From an uncultured Spirochaetota bacterium (GTDB taxonomy: Bacteria > Spirochaetota > Spirochaetia > SZUA-6 > Fen-1364): a stretch of 64,000 nt of DNA. Both the position numbers and the translations under genes were made by a program. The notes under the pieces were generated by a model. That model ran no database searches. It saw only the letters and a list, made by a program, of their open reading frames with translations, and had not been told where the DNA came from. The stretch covers positions 256,001-320,000 of the forward strand of contig CAWJSK010000015.1 of assembly GCA_963845535.1 (NCBI GenBank), read 5' to 3'. Positions 48,621 through 58,048 of this stretch are shown piece by piece (positions within the stretch are counted from its first letter, which is position 1; the number at the start of each line of letters is the position of its first letter).

Positions 48621-48648
48621 ATACCATGTAAGCTGACTTTTATGGTAT
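48621..48648. other. dif-like 28-bp candidate recombination site
   Basis: ATACCATGTAA-GCTGAC-TTTTATGGTAT, 11+6+11 inverted arms, 25 bp upstream of the recombinase. Confidence 0.5.
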
Positions 48649-48874
48649 CATAAATATACCTATTTTGTCTTACAGAATCAAGCCTCCGAACGCTTCTGGC
48701 CCTCCCAAATCGGGGCTGCTTTTAGATTGCAGGCAAAGGGTGTCTATTTGTCTAGCACCCTTTTTCGTAGCAGGCGGAGCCACCAGGGAGCCGGATGCGC
48801 CCACGCTCATGGAATGAAAAGGAATATATGGCACATGAAGTGGACATTTTAATAGCGGCCAAAGAAACAACGCT

Positions 48875-49363
48875 TTGATTATATTTCTTGACGAGGATTG
48901 TTCTACGTCGATAAACGAAACATCGGGCGGCACTGAGCAACCTCTCGCAAGTGTTGATCAGGCCACACACGCTGCCGCCCACATCGTGGCGGCTCTCGTC
49001 CTCGGCATTCCCGTACGGGGCGCTGACACAAGTTTTGAAGGGCATCCATACTGTGATGTCGGGTGGGCCGAAAGAGTTAAAGAAACAAATGACTCGGAAG
49101 GCTACCAGGCATACTGTGCGATCCTGTATGCTCCCTACTTCGTGGAAGTCAAACGCAAGGTGTATCTGAGGGCTTCCCTGGATGACAGATGCGCTTTTGA
49201 GGAAATAGTTGAGCAACATTTTCCCGAGCGCAGAAGAGCGTTGATGGTTCGCGCCAAGAATCTCGTCGAAGACCACTACGAGGAGATAGTGCGTCTTGCG
49301 GAGTTGCTCAATGAGCGCAAACAACTCACCGCCGAGGAAATAGGCGAGTTTTGGAAAGGGTGA
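48875..49363 (+). CDS. Stand-alone peptidase M41 (FtsH protease domain)-like protein, degenerate active site
   Basis: ATHAAAHIVAA (cf. AYHEAGHA) and C-terminal AKNLV......RLAELLNERKQLTAEEI. Confidence 0.55.
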   Translation: MIIFLDEDCSTSINETSGGTEQPLASVDQATHAAAHIVAALVLGIPVRGADTSFEGHPYCDVGWAERVKETNDSEGYQAYCAILYAPYFVEVKRKVYLRASLDDRCAFEEIVEQHFPERRRALMVRAKNLVEDHYEEIVRLAELLNERKQLTAEEIGEFWKG

Positions 49364-49493
49364 AAGAAGGAGCATCTGAACTGACTTTCGCACTTACGGG
49401 AGGAAAGGAGAGGTCATTTTCAGTGCTCTTCGGATATTGACACTTGATGTACTATTCTCATTGGCGAAGAAAAACATCCGATAGGGGCAGGCC

Positions 49494-50036
49494 ATGGCAA
49501 AAGCGATAGAGGACTTGAAGAATGAACACGAGGCGATTCTCGCCAGTTTGAAGATTCTTGACACTCTTGCCGGGCGTCTGAACAGAGGATTGGATGTCCA
49601 GAGAAGGGACATCCATGACTTCATAGCCTTCTTACGGGAATTTGCTGACAAGTGCCACCACGGCAAGGAAGAGGGAATTCTTTTCCCCGCGCTGGTGAAA
49701 GCCGGTATTCCAGAGAAAGGCGGTCCAATAGGGGTCATGTTGTCCGAGCACGTAGAAGGACGTGAGTTGATAAAGGAGATGGAAGCGGCGGTCTCGGGCA
49801 AGGAAGATCATGAAAGGTTCACACTGGCGGCAAAGCAGTATTCAAGTTTGCTTCAAGCTCATATCGAAAAAGAGAACAGCGTTCTTTTCCCCTCAGCAGA
49901 AAGCGTTCTTACTGCTGCTCAGTGGGACCAAATACACGATGCATTCGAGCAGCACGAGCAGAAAGTGATTGGCGCAGGCAGGCATGAAGAGCTTCATGCA
50001 ATGCTAAAGGGGCTGAGGCAAAAGTACCCCTCATGA
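49494..50036 (+). CDS. Hemerythrin/HHE cation-binding domain protein
   Basis: L..EH..I, DKCHHGKEE.ILFP, GGPIGVMLSEH, HIEKEN.VLFP. Confidence 0.9.
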   Translation: MAKAIEDLKNEHEAILASLKILDTLAGRLNRGLDVQRRDIHDFIAFLREFADKCHHGKEEGILFPALVKAGIPEKGGPIGVMLSEHVEGRELIKEMEAAVSGKEDHERFTLAAKQYSSLLQAHIEKENSVLFPSAESVLTAAQWDQIHDAFEQHEQKVIGAGRHEELHAMLKGLRQKYPS

Positions 50037-50153
50037 CAGAGAGCCGTTTGCTTGACAATTTCCAGATCTGATATAGACTTGACATCCCAACTAGCGATAA
50101 TGCACAGCTCTTAGGATTGCCCTCCAATGGTGGTTCAAGTCGAGGAGATTATT

Positions 50154-50825
50154 ATGCCTTCACAGACTACTGTAATCAATCTCGGCGGAGTGAACTGTTG
50201 CCTTCTTGCCGCAGGCGATGGCTACATCCTGATCGATACCGGGTTCGCTCGCAAGCGAGTACAGCTTGCTAACCGCCTTGCCGAGGCTGGCTGCAAGCCA
50301 GGAAATCTCAAGCTCATCGTGCTGACCCATGGAGACTCTGATCATGTAGGAAATGCAGCCTTTTTTCGCAATGTATATGGCAGCAAAATCGCCATGCATA
50401 GTTCAGATTCGGGAATGGTTGAGCAAGGCGGCGTAAGCGGGAGCCGGAAGACAAAGCCTGACAAGATGTCGCCGTTCTTTCGTCTGATTGCATTTGTCGT
50501 TGGCGTATTTTTCAAGAAGGCTACTGATTTCAAGAAGTTCACGCCCGACATCATGATCGCCGAAAGGTTTGACCTTTCAACGTATGGGTTGAATGCAAAG
50601 GTTCTACATCTTCCAGGTCATTCCAAAGGATCGATAGGAATCCTGACCGATGATGGGAAACTCTTTTGTGGCGATTTCGCATACAACATACCTGGGTTCG
50701 GATACATAGACGATATGGCTGATCACAATGCGAGTATGGAAAAGCTGATTCAACTCAAGATTGAAATAATATATCCTGGTCATGGGAAGCCGTTCCCGAT
50801 GATTGCGCTCATAAGGAGAGCGTGA
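50154..50825 (+). CDS. MBL-fold metallo-hydrolase (glyoxalase II-like)
   Basis: LIDTG, THGDSDHVG, PGHSKGS, CGD, YPGHG. Confidence 0.88.
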   Translation: MPSQTTVINLGGVNCCLLAAGDGYILIDTGFARKRVQLANRLAEAGCKPGNLKLIVLTHGDSDHVGNAAFFRNVYGSKIAMHSSDSGMVEQGGVSGSRKTKPDKMSPFFRLIAFVVGVFFKKATDFKKFTPDIMIAERFDLSTYGLNAKVLHLPGHSKGSIGILTDDGKLFCGDFAYNIPGFGYIDDMADHNASMEKLIQLKIEIIYPGHGKPFPMIALIRRA

Positions 50826-50851
50826 TACTCTTGCCTGATGTAGGAGAACGT

Positions 50852-51148
50852 ATGAGCAAACAAAGTCTCCAAGTCATCGCACCGGCTCTCATGGGCTCTC
50901 CCAAGCACAACGCAGCACTTGCCGGCGACCTGACGAAGCTTGCCACTGAGTTCGGAGGACATCTCGATCTTTCCTATCACTCTACGACAACCTCCTTTAC
51001 ATGGCGAATCTATGATCTAGTCGAAAGATTTGACTTTCTCCAAGGCAAGGTTGAAGAGTTGAGGAAGAAATATCACGATACGGTCTTTGACCTATTCACA
51101 GAACCCATGTCGCACGGCGCAGAGACATGGTTGGAAACCTTTCAGTGA
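50852..51148 (+). CDS. Hypothetical protein
   Basis: AGGAGA RBS before ATG 50852. Confidence 0.45.
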   Translation: MSKQSLQVIAPALMGSPKHNAALAGDLTKLATEFGGHLDLSYHSTTTSFTWRIYDLVERFDFLQGKVEELRKKYHDTVFDLFTEPMSHGAETWLETFQ

Positions 51149-51173
51149 ACCAACCGCAAGATAGACCGCCTGA

Positions 51174-51487
51174 ATGAAAAGGAGACCTGACGAAGCAGAC
51201 AAACTTTCGAAAGCAATAAGAGAGTTGCAGGTTGCGAGTCCTTATGGCTTCGATCTGTTCCTGTAGTTGAGCGTCAGGAAGGGAAAATAGTTTGGGAAGG
51301 AACTGTTGAAGTATTCTGGCTTCATGATCATCCGACTGCCCGGCTCTACTATGCGTGGTCCCACGTAATCGAAGGTTCGATGAGAAGTAGAAGTGTGGTT
51401 TTTTTGCATCAACCGCCTGTTGACTCATCCGAAGCGGTAGTTCGGGCGGCTATTGCTCAAGAATGTAGAAAACCCGAAACTCCTTGA
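51174..51487 (+). pseudogene. Conserved-hypothetical-like gene, frameshifted near 51230 (absent from ORF track)
   Basis: LSKAIREL / GCESLWLRSVPVVE..EGKIVWEGTVEVF.L.DHPTA..YYAWSH...VFLHQPPVDS.EAVVRAAI resembles a widespread small hypothetical family. Confidence 0.55.
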
Positions 51488-51835
51488 CCTCCCGAAGAGG
51501 CTTACTACAAAGGCTCTTTTCAACGATTATAGAGAACAATAGTTGTCCGTAAACTCTTGAACTTGGTCTCTCGGGGAAAACGGCTTCCGTGAGTTTTGCA
51601 AAATCACTGAACGCCGTACGCCATCCATGCTCAAGAAGATATGAATGCATCGCCGAAAACAACCGCAAATGGATCATCTGGTCCGTAGTGGCAGAAGACT
51701 CTTCGAGATTTGCAGTGCCTTTGTCCCTCTGCACTTTCTTTTTCAATATCCACCGGTTCATCCCACAAATACAAAAAGGTATATCTTCGGGGTTGATCTC
51801 TGAAAGTGTTTTCACTGGGTTATCTTTCCCTGAGA

Positions 51836-52132
51836 TTATCCTTCTTCCTCTTTCCATCCATGGTCAAGAAAATATGAGCGCACCCACTCCACATCTATTT
51901 TATTCCGATCCGCGAATGCGCCCCTCCCCACGATAGTAGCCGAATCCTGATTCGATTGATGGTCGCAATCAACTTCAAAGGTATCGAAATACTTACGGAC
52001 TTCCCGAAACTCTTCCTCGATACGCACCGAAGGAGCAAACCAGCAAGAGAAGTAGTACTCTCGCTCCGTTTCAGGTTTGTTGCGGTCTGTCTTCACTCTT
52101 GAAAGGGTTCTTCTTACCTCTTGAGCTTCCAT
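51836..52132 (-). CDS. Hypothetical protein
   Basis: 98-aa ORF, AAGGTG RBS. Confidence 0.45.
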   Translation of the reverse strand: MEAQEVRRTLSRVKTDRNKPETEREYYFSCWFAPSVRIEEEFREVRKYFDTFEVDCDHQSNQDSATIVGRGAFADRNKIDVEWVRSYFLDHGWKEEEG

Positions 52133-52707
52133 CTATGTCACCTTCCCCGGAATGCCCATCCAGGACTGAGATTAGTACATACACTCCGTTCGCTAAACAG
52201 TTCATTACTTTTTGAATGCACGTTTTTAGGACGTTTTACTCTGCACTTGGAAGGAAAGCCTGCTGCTGTCTACGAAGTAGAGACTATCAAGTTAGAAAAC
52301 CTATTGTTACACCAATCCGAGCGCTACACAAAGGGAATACTTTATTTTATTTGGTTCACTTACCCTATGCTTGGCACGTTCTATCCTCATACGGCATCAC
52401 ACTGGACGCATACAGGGTCAAGTCATCCAGGCGTTTTCGCTCTCTCATCGAGGTTGCTCTTGGATTGCTGCGCGAACGGAGGCGTCTTCTGTAGGGGTCC
52501 ACCGGACCAGAATTCGATTCAATGAGATTGAAACGCGCGCCAACTGAGCTTGGATTCAGGGCAAAAGGGGTGCTATGCTGCGTGACACCCTTTCTTATTC
52601 GCGCTTGGCGCACTCCTCCACGGGCACGAATGGAAACTGGCAGAGATCGTCCCAATGGGGTATTCTCAAAGAAACCTTAAATGACCTTCACAGGGAGGGT
52701 AGATTGA

Positions 52708-52767
52708 GTGGCAACAAACGGCTTCTCGGACAAAGTTGCATTCATCTGGCAAGTAGCTGATCTTCTC
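52708..52767 (+). pseudogene. Type I restriction-modification HsdM N-terminal remnant
   Basis: GGGAGG RBS then VATNGFSDKVAFIWQVADLL, the typical HsdM_N start, after which similarity ends. Confidence 0.6.
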
Positions 52768-52858
52768 CTGGAGTCCGTGCCGCCAGATCGGCATGAGGAA
52801 GTGAGTCGATCAGTCGCCTTTGGGCAAAGGTTGGGCTTTCTAGGGGAGAACATTAGTT

Positions 52859-53338
52859 ATGGCAAAAAAGCTTTCCGATAATCAATACACTTTCAAAGTG
52901 AACCTAAAGGGCGCTAAAAGCATTTGGAGAACTCTCGTCCTTCGGGGCGACCACACCCTTCACGATCTACATGAAATGATCTATGAAGCGTTTAACCGCT
53001 ACGATGAACACTTGTACTCGTTTTATTTCCCAAAAGCAGCAGCACGAAGGGATAGGTTTGACTTCCAGCCAAAGGAATATTCATCACCTATTATGCTTGA
53101 GGAACCTGATCCCTTTTCTGAGAAAAGGCCCTTTAATGCAGCCAAAACAAAACTCGATTCTTTGCGTCTGAAAGTTGGTCAAACCTTTGAATACCTCTTT
53201 GACTTCGGGGATAACTGGATGCATGAAATCAAGGTCATAGCAACAGAACCCATAGACAAAACGGAGAAGAGCAAATTGCCGATGATCTCGGAGCGCCATG
53301 GTAACTCCCCTGCTCAGTATCCTCCGGAGGAAGAGTAG
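52859..53338 (+). CDS. Plasmid pRiA4b ORF-3-family protein (copy 2)
   Basis: IWRTL...G..TLHDLH, DEHLYSF, FEYLFDFGDNWMHEI, GNSPAQYP. Confidence 0.88.
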   Translation: MAKKLSDNQYTFKVNLKGAKSIWRTLVLRGDHTLHDLHEMIYEAFNRYDEHLYSFYFPKAAARRDRFDFQPKEYSSPIMLEEPDPFSEKRPFNAAKTKLDSLRLKVGQTFEYLFDFGDNWMHEIKVIATEPIDKTEKSKLPMISERHGNSPAQYPPEEE

Positions 53339-53711
53339 ACTATTGCCGCTTTAGAAGGGCTAACCTATCTTTGTATTTGGAGCTTTTCGAGTGAGCAAAT
53401 TCTCCCTTGAAATCGAAGCATCGTTTGTTGAAGGCTCGGAAAATGACATCCAGATGAACTCGATTCTTGTCCTCAACAACCCTGTTGAATGCCGAGTCGT
53501 CCGCAAAAGATTTCGAGACGGACAAACAGGACATTGAGCAAGAAATTGAGCGTATAAACTATGAGATAGACCGCCTCAACGCGGAGTTTGAACTAGGTAA
53601 ACTCTAGTGAGAATAGATTCTGTTTCTGGAAAGCGATTCCATGAACTTCCTCCATCTTGCTATTTCCTCAGAATCCTTAATAAACCTTCACTTTCCAGGC
53701 ATCCGGCGCAC

Positions 53712-54383
53712 TTACTTTGACGCTTCTTCGAGTTTCTTAAGGGCGTCAGTATCCGTCAGATAACGGTTGGCCTTCGCGTAATCAAGGGCTGTATATCCCT
53801 TGTTGTTTTTCACTTTCGCGTTCGCGCCAGCTTTTAAGAGAGCGATGATCATGTAGGGATTTTCATTCCTGCTTGCGGCTTGCATGAGCGGAGTAAAGCC
53901 GTTTTTGTCCTTCCCCTCCAAGTCCGCGCCCGCTTTCAGCAACCTCATGACCACTTCGGGGTTTTCGTTATACCCACAAGCGATCAAGAGTGGAGTGTTT
54001 CCCTCTTGGTCCTTGGCTTTGAGGTCTGCGCCAGCCTTCAGAAGGACCGTTATTACTTCGGCGTTCTTGGTGCCCTGGGCGGCGAGCATGAGAGTGGTCC
54101 AGTTCTTGTCATAATCGCGCATCTCAACATATGCACCCGCCTTCACGAGCGTGGCGGTCACTTCCGGGTCCTGATTGAACTGAGCGGCCCACATCACGAC
54201 CGTTTCATTTCCGTCAGCGTCTCGAGCGTTCACGTTCGCACCTTTTGCGATAGCAGCCTTTACCGCTTCTGGTGTGCCTGTCTTTGCCAACTCGAAGATG
54301 TCGGTCGATTGTGCATACGCCGAAGCTGAAATGAAGACCAGTAGAATCAAGATCGTGTAAGGCAATCTGGCTAGAGTTCTCAT
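53712..54383 (-). CDS. Secreted ankyrin-repeat protein
   Basis: Signal peptide; repeats GA.VNARD, G.TPL..AA..N.NPEV...LLKAGAD. Confidence 0.92.
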   Translation of the reverse strand: MRTLARLPYTILILLVFISASAYAQSTDIFELAKTGTPEAVKAAIAKGANVNARDADGNETVVMWAAQFNQDPEVTATLVKAGAYVEMRDYDKNWTTLMLAAQGTKNAEVITVLLKAGADLKAKDQEGNTPLLIACGYNENPEVVMRLLKAGADLEGKDKNGFTPLMQAASRNENPYMIIALLKAGANAKVKNNKGYTALDYAKANRYLTDTDALKKLEEASK

Positions 54384-54468
54384 ACACTTCCTCCTTCGGG
54401 CATGACGGGCTACGAGATAGGCCAATAAGGAGCAGCAAAAGATCGAATGCGCTCCGAGATTTCGGGAC

Positions 54469-54494
54469 GGGCTGAGGCGCGATAACCTCAGCCC
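54469..54494 (-). terminator. Hairpin terminator candidate
   Basis: GGGCTGAGG-loop-CCTCAGCCC just downstream of 54507 gene. Confidence 0.5.
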
Positions 54495-54506
54495 AATTTC
54501 GTTCCC

Positions 54507-55013
54507 TCAGAGCGGAGCCTTGAATTTGAGCTTCTCCACACAGTGGCCGATCAAGTAGATCGACCCATCCTTGAAGTTCGCTATATCACCTGTTACGGTT
54601 TCTATCGTCCCTTCCATGCCTGCGAACTTGCCGGTGGCAGCGACGATTTTCCCTCCACCCTTGCCGGGACCAGCGGCAGGAGTGTCCCAGATTTGCCAAA
54701 CGATCTTGTCTCCATCTTTGTCCATCAACGTAAGATAGCCGAAGTCGTGGACTACGTTCTTTTCCCCAAACAAGACAAGCTTGTTGTCCGCAGACATATT
54801 GTCTAGCGCTGCCACTTGCGGCGTGGAAACGTCGATTTTCACTCCCCGATAGTCAACCACTGCAACCCAATGGTCTTGATCAATGACCGTAACTTGTGGT
54901 GTTCCCGTCTGGTACAGTATTCCCTTAACAGTCATTTGGGTCTGGGCAAATACGACCCCTCCTAAAGCAAGCGTAAAGACCAACACGAATACAGCAAGTA
55001 CTCGCCACTTCAT
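54507..55013 (-). CDS. Secreted beta-rich hypothetical protein (paralogue B)
   Basis: MKWRVLAVF signal, MDKDGDKIVW, ATGKFAGMEGT. Confidence 0.75.
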   Translation of the reverse strand: MKWRVLAVFVLVFTLALGGVVFAQTQMTVKGILYQTGTPQVTVIDQDHWVAVVDYRGVKIDVSTPQVAALDNMSADNKLVLFGEKNVVHDFGYLTLMDKDGDKIVWQIWDTPAAGPGKGGGKIVAATGKFAGMEGTIETVTGDIANFKDGSIYLIGHCVEKLKFKAPL

Positions 55014-55070
55014 ATTCCAACCTCCTACAGTTTTATTCCGGCAAGGCACCGCCTGCCCGGTTTCGCATTC

Positions 55071-55571
55071 CTACATCGGGTTTTTCAGCGTAAGGTTCCA
55101 AACCTCCTTGCAGATTGTGCGGCTTGAGTCTGGTGGAAAGCCTTTCGGAGTCGGTTGAAGAACAAAATCCACCGTCCCTTCCATCCCTGCGAACTTGCCG
55201 GTTGCCCCGATGAGCTTTCCTTTGCCTTTGTTGGTGCCAGCAGGGAAATCCCAAATCTCCCACACCAAGCTGTCGCCATCCTTGTCCATATGGGTTTCGT
55301 ATCCGTGGTATCGCGCAACCCCTTTATCCAAGTACATGATCATTGCAATGTGAGTCGCAAGGTTGTTGAAAGGGCCTTTCCCGCTGTCATCAACCCTCAC
55401 GCCGGACTGCTCCCCGATACCTACCAAATGGTCTTTATCGATGGGCATGAACTTCCATGTGATCGAGGCATAGTTGACACCTGTAGAGACCATTTGAGTT
55501 TGAGCAAAGACCTGTCCTCCCACACCGAGAGCCAAGACCAAACAAAGAACCGTCACTACTCGCCACTTCAT
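55071..55571 (-). CDS. Secreted beta-rich hypothetical protein (paralogue A)
   Basis: MKWRVVTVL signal, MDKDGDSLVW, ATGKFAGMEGT. Confidence 0.75.
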   Translation of the reverse strand: MKWRVVTVLCLVLALGVGGQVFAQTQMVSTGVNYASITWKFMPIDKDHLVGIGEQSGVRVDDSGKGPFNNLATHIAMIMYLDKGVARYHGYETHMDKDGDSLVWEIWDFPAGTNKGKGKLIGATGKFAGMEGTVDFVLQPTPKGFPPDSSRTICKEVWNLTLKNPM

Positions 55572-55620
55572 ACTTCGCCTCCTGTTTGAGATTCCCCTTC
55601 GTTTGGGGCTAATCCGACTC

Positions 55621-55671
55621 CATTCTACGCTGCCTAATCGGTTAGCGTATGCGTAAGAACTACGTAATTTT
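55621..55671 (-). promoter_or_regulatory. Activator box plus -10 element (copy 1)
   Basis: Minus strand AAAATTACGTAGTTCTTACGCATACG-N17-GTAGAATG. Confidence 0.65.
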
Positions 55672-55783
55672 CCGTTGACAAATGGAGGGAATGGAAGGAA
55701 AATACAACTCTCTTCCCAAAGTCAGTCACCATGGCTTGTCTCAAACATCACACCCCAGCACGGTGGGGCTTGGAGGCATCGCT

Positions 55784-56560
55784 ATGGATAAGGCAGAATT
55801 GCCTTGGCCTGGGCTGCGTGATTATTTCCTGCGCGTTAGCTCCTGCCAGTCCCGAGAAGATTTCATGCGTACCGCTTGCCTCGAAGTCCAGACACTCATC
55901 CCTTTCGATACTACTGCCAACATTTTCAGCATTACTGATCTTGCTCACATAGGCGGGATCGCACCGAGTGATATAGCAGCATCCTTCAATAGCTATTACC
56001 GCTTTAGGTTTCCGCCATTTTTCAAGGATTGGCATCATTCGCCAGAAATTATGGATTGGCGACCGATGGACAGTTCTGAGTTCGCTGTAGACTTTATGTG
56101 GCCCAACGGATGTTGGAAGAGTCTTAATCATCATCCCGTTCCAGGGCAACAAATCCGTCTTTCAATCCACAGGTCACGATCCAGTTCCAACTTTCTTGAA
56201 TCGGACGTAGATACCCTGGGTCTGGTTGACAGTTACCTGAATGGCATTTATTCAGCATTCGACAAAAAAGGGGACACACTCGATCCTAAACTCTCAGCCG
56301 AAGCAATAGCTGAAAGGTTTCCTCTCCTTTCACGCCGTGAAGCTGAGGTATCCTCTTTGATTGCCTGTCGGCTCAATACCGCCGAGATCGCCACCAATCT
56401 TTTCATCAGCCGTAGGACTGTGGAGAAGCACATAGAAAGCATTTTTGAAAAGCTCGATGTCCGTTCTCGGGAGCAGTTACGGTGGAGACTTGGCGTGACA
56501 CCACCCATAGGACTCTGGCGGCTGCAATACGGTGAAGAAAGTCTCCCCAAAATTACGTAG
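55784..56560 (+). CDS. LuxR-family HTH regulator with N-terminal sensor domain
   Basis: LSRREAEV...TAEIATNLFISRRTVEKHIESIFEKLDVRSR; GGAGG RBS before ATG 55784. Confidence 0.85.
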   Translation: MDKAELPWPGLRDYFLRVSSCQSREDFMRTACLEVQTLIPFDTTANIFSITDLAHIGGIAPSDIAASFNSYYRFRFPPFFKDWHHSPEIMDWRPMDSSEFAVDFMWPNGCWKSLNHHPVPGQQIRLSIHRSRSSSNFLESDVDTLGLVDSYLNGIYSAFDKKGDTLDPKLSAEAIAERFPLLSRREAEVSSLIACRLNTAEIATNLFISRRTVEKHIESIFEKLDVRSREQLRWRLGVTPPIGLWRLQYGEESLPKIT

Positions 56561-56599
56561 TTAATACGCATACGGCCAGCGAAACAAGATTGTAGAATG
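56549..56599 (+). promoter_or_regulatory. Activator box plus -10 element (copy 2)
   Basis: AAAATTACGTAGTTAATACGCATACG-N17-GTAGAATG. Confidence 0.65.
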
Positions 56600-56621
56600 C
56601 ACTCCGGTCGAACCAGAGGTC

Positions 56622-56906
56622 TTGAAAGTGTCCAAGTATTTCACTTATCCCGCTCGCATCACCAAGTTCCTATCCAAGAGATTCCCCTCACTTTCTCGGC
56701 GAGAGATTGAAGTATGTTCCCTTGTTGCAGGGCGGCTCAGCACTTCCGAGGTTGCCACTTGCCTGTCTATCTGCAATAGAACTGTCGAGAAACACCTTGA
56801 AAGCATCTTTGAAAAACTCGAAGTCCATTCTCGTGAAGAGTTGAGGTTCAAAATAGGAGTTCAACTGCCTTGGGACATTTTGCATTCTGCAAGGAGGGTG
56901 GAATGA
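56622..56906 (+). CDS. Stand-alone LuxR HTH protein, paralogue of upstream C-terminus
   Basis: RFPSLSRREIEV...TVEKHLESIFEKLEVHSREELR. Confidence 0.75.
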   Translation: MKVSKYFTYPARITKFLSKRFPSLSRREIEVCSLVAGRLSTSEVATCLSICNRTVEKHLESIFEKLEVHSREELRFKIGVQLPWDILHSARRVE

Positions 56907-57813
56907 CGGTTTCACTCATCATTTCCGCTGATCTTGGTCTTTGTCCTTTCGGATGCAGTGCTGCCGTGGTGCCTCACGATCCCGTGGGTGTTGTGAGCGC
57001 GAAATTCGCTACAATAACACAAGGGTCAGGTTGATAAGGCAGCAAGCTATTTTTCTGATGATGCCCAATGGATTACTTCGCATTGTCAACCGAAAGGCAG
57101 GCAGAAGATAAGAGTCGCGATAATGTCGTTAGCTCAAGAAAAAAACCACACCGATATTCAAGATTTGACTGCGGATGGAGCAAATGTGACAGGAACGATT
57201 ACACAACATGGGTAGAGTACGAGAAGGGAGAAGTCCCGGACGAAAACCTCATTAGGTGCATCGGCTAACTCTTTGTGGTATAGGGGAAATGAACTTCTCT
57301 ACGTCCATGATATCCTCCCTTTTCTATCATGATAACATCCCCCAACGCACTGTCAATAAGTAGGTTTGGCATACGATGCGAAATGAGCTTCAAATTCTGC
57401 CGCTCGGACATTTTTCAAAAGAACAGTCTAGCGGATTGTTCCGAGCGTCATTAAGTCGTTCATTTAGGCTCTTTCACCCGTTCAATGTCCAGCTTTACAG
57501 TCTCTTGAGATTCGCAAGCACGGTTCCATCGACCATGAGATTCTCATTATAGGAGCCAAAGGATCCGGGGTTCCTACCTGTGATCCAAAGACTGCTTCAG
57601 GGCGTCTCATCGGTTCAGAGCAGGGCACAGCACAGTGCGAAGCCCAAGGAATACTACGGTAGAATTGTACCAGAAGGCCTTGGAGATGACCGGCTCTCAA
57701 GATTGCACTGATGAAAGGCGTTCAGCTGGCAGAATAGGTGTTGATGGAGAGGATTGCCCTATGCCGAGCCAGATTTCCAGGCCAAAATGGAAATCTCGGA
57801 TAAGGAGAATCGA

Positions 57814-58048
57814 ATGGAAATCGCATTCATTATAGTCGGCGGACTAGTTCTTATGACAGCCTTTGCCTCTGGTTTTGACTTTTTGACGAAAAGAAGGAAC
57901 AAGCTCGATAACGAGACAAAAGCGAAAGTTATTGAAATGGAAAAAAAGGTTGCAAATCTAGAACTTATGATTAATGACAAGAATGAGAGAATAGTTCGAC
58001 TCGAAAATGGGCTTGTCATTTCTAAATAGGCTACTTGAAAAGAAGTAG
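57814..58048 (+). CDS. Small TM + coiled-coil protein; +1 indel at GGG 58009-58011
   Basis: AAGGAG RBS; MEIAFIIVGGLVLM TM then heptads; removing one G gives ...LENGLSFLNRLLEKK*. Confidence 0.55.

Noticed and set aside
48788..48799. GAGCCGGATGCG, like the start of group II intron domain V
   Set aside because: No matching GAAA loop or closing CACGTCCGGTTC strand, and no reverse transcriptase
57715..57780. Stem-loop upstream of the small TM gene as a riboswitch
   Set aside because: Some pairing (CTGGC/GCCAG, ATAGG/CCTAT) but no riboswitch consensus I can recognise; an Rfam cmscan would settle it
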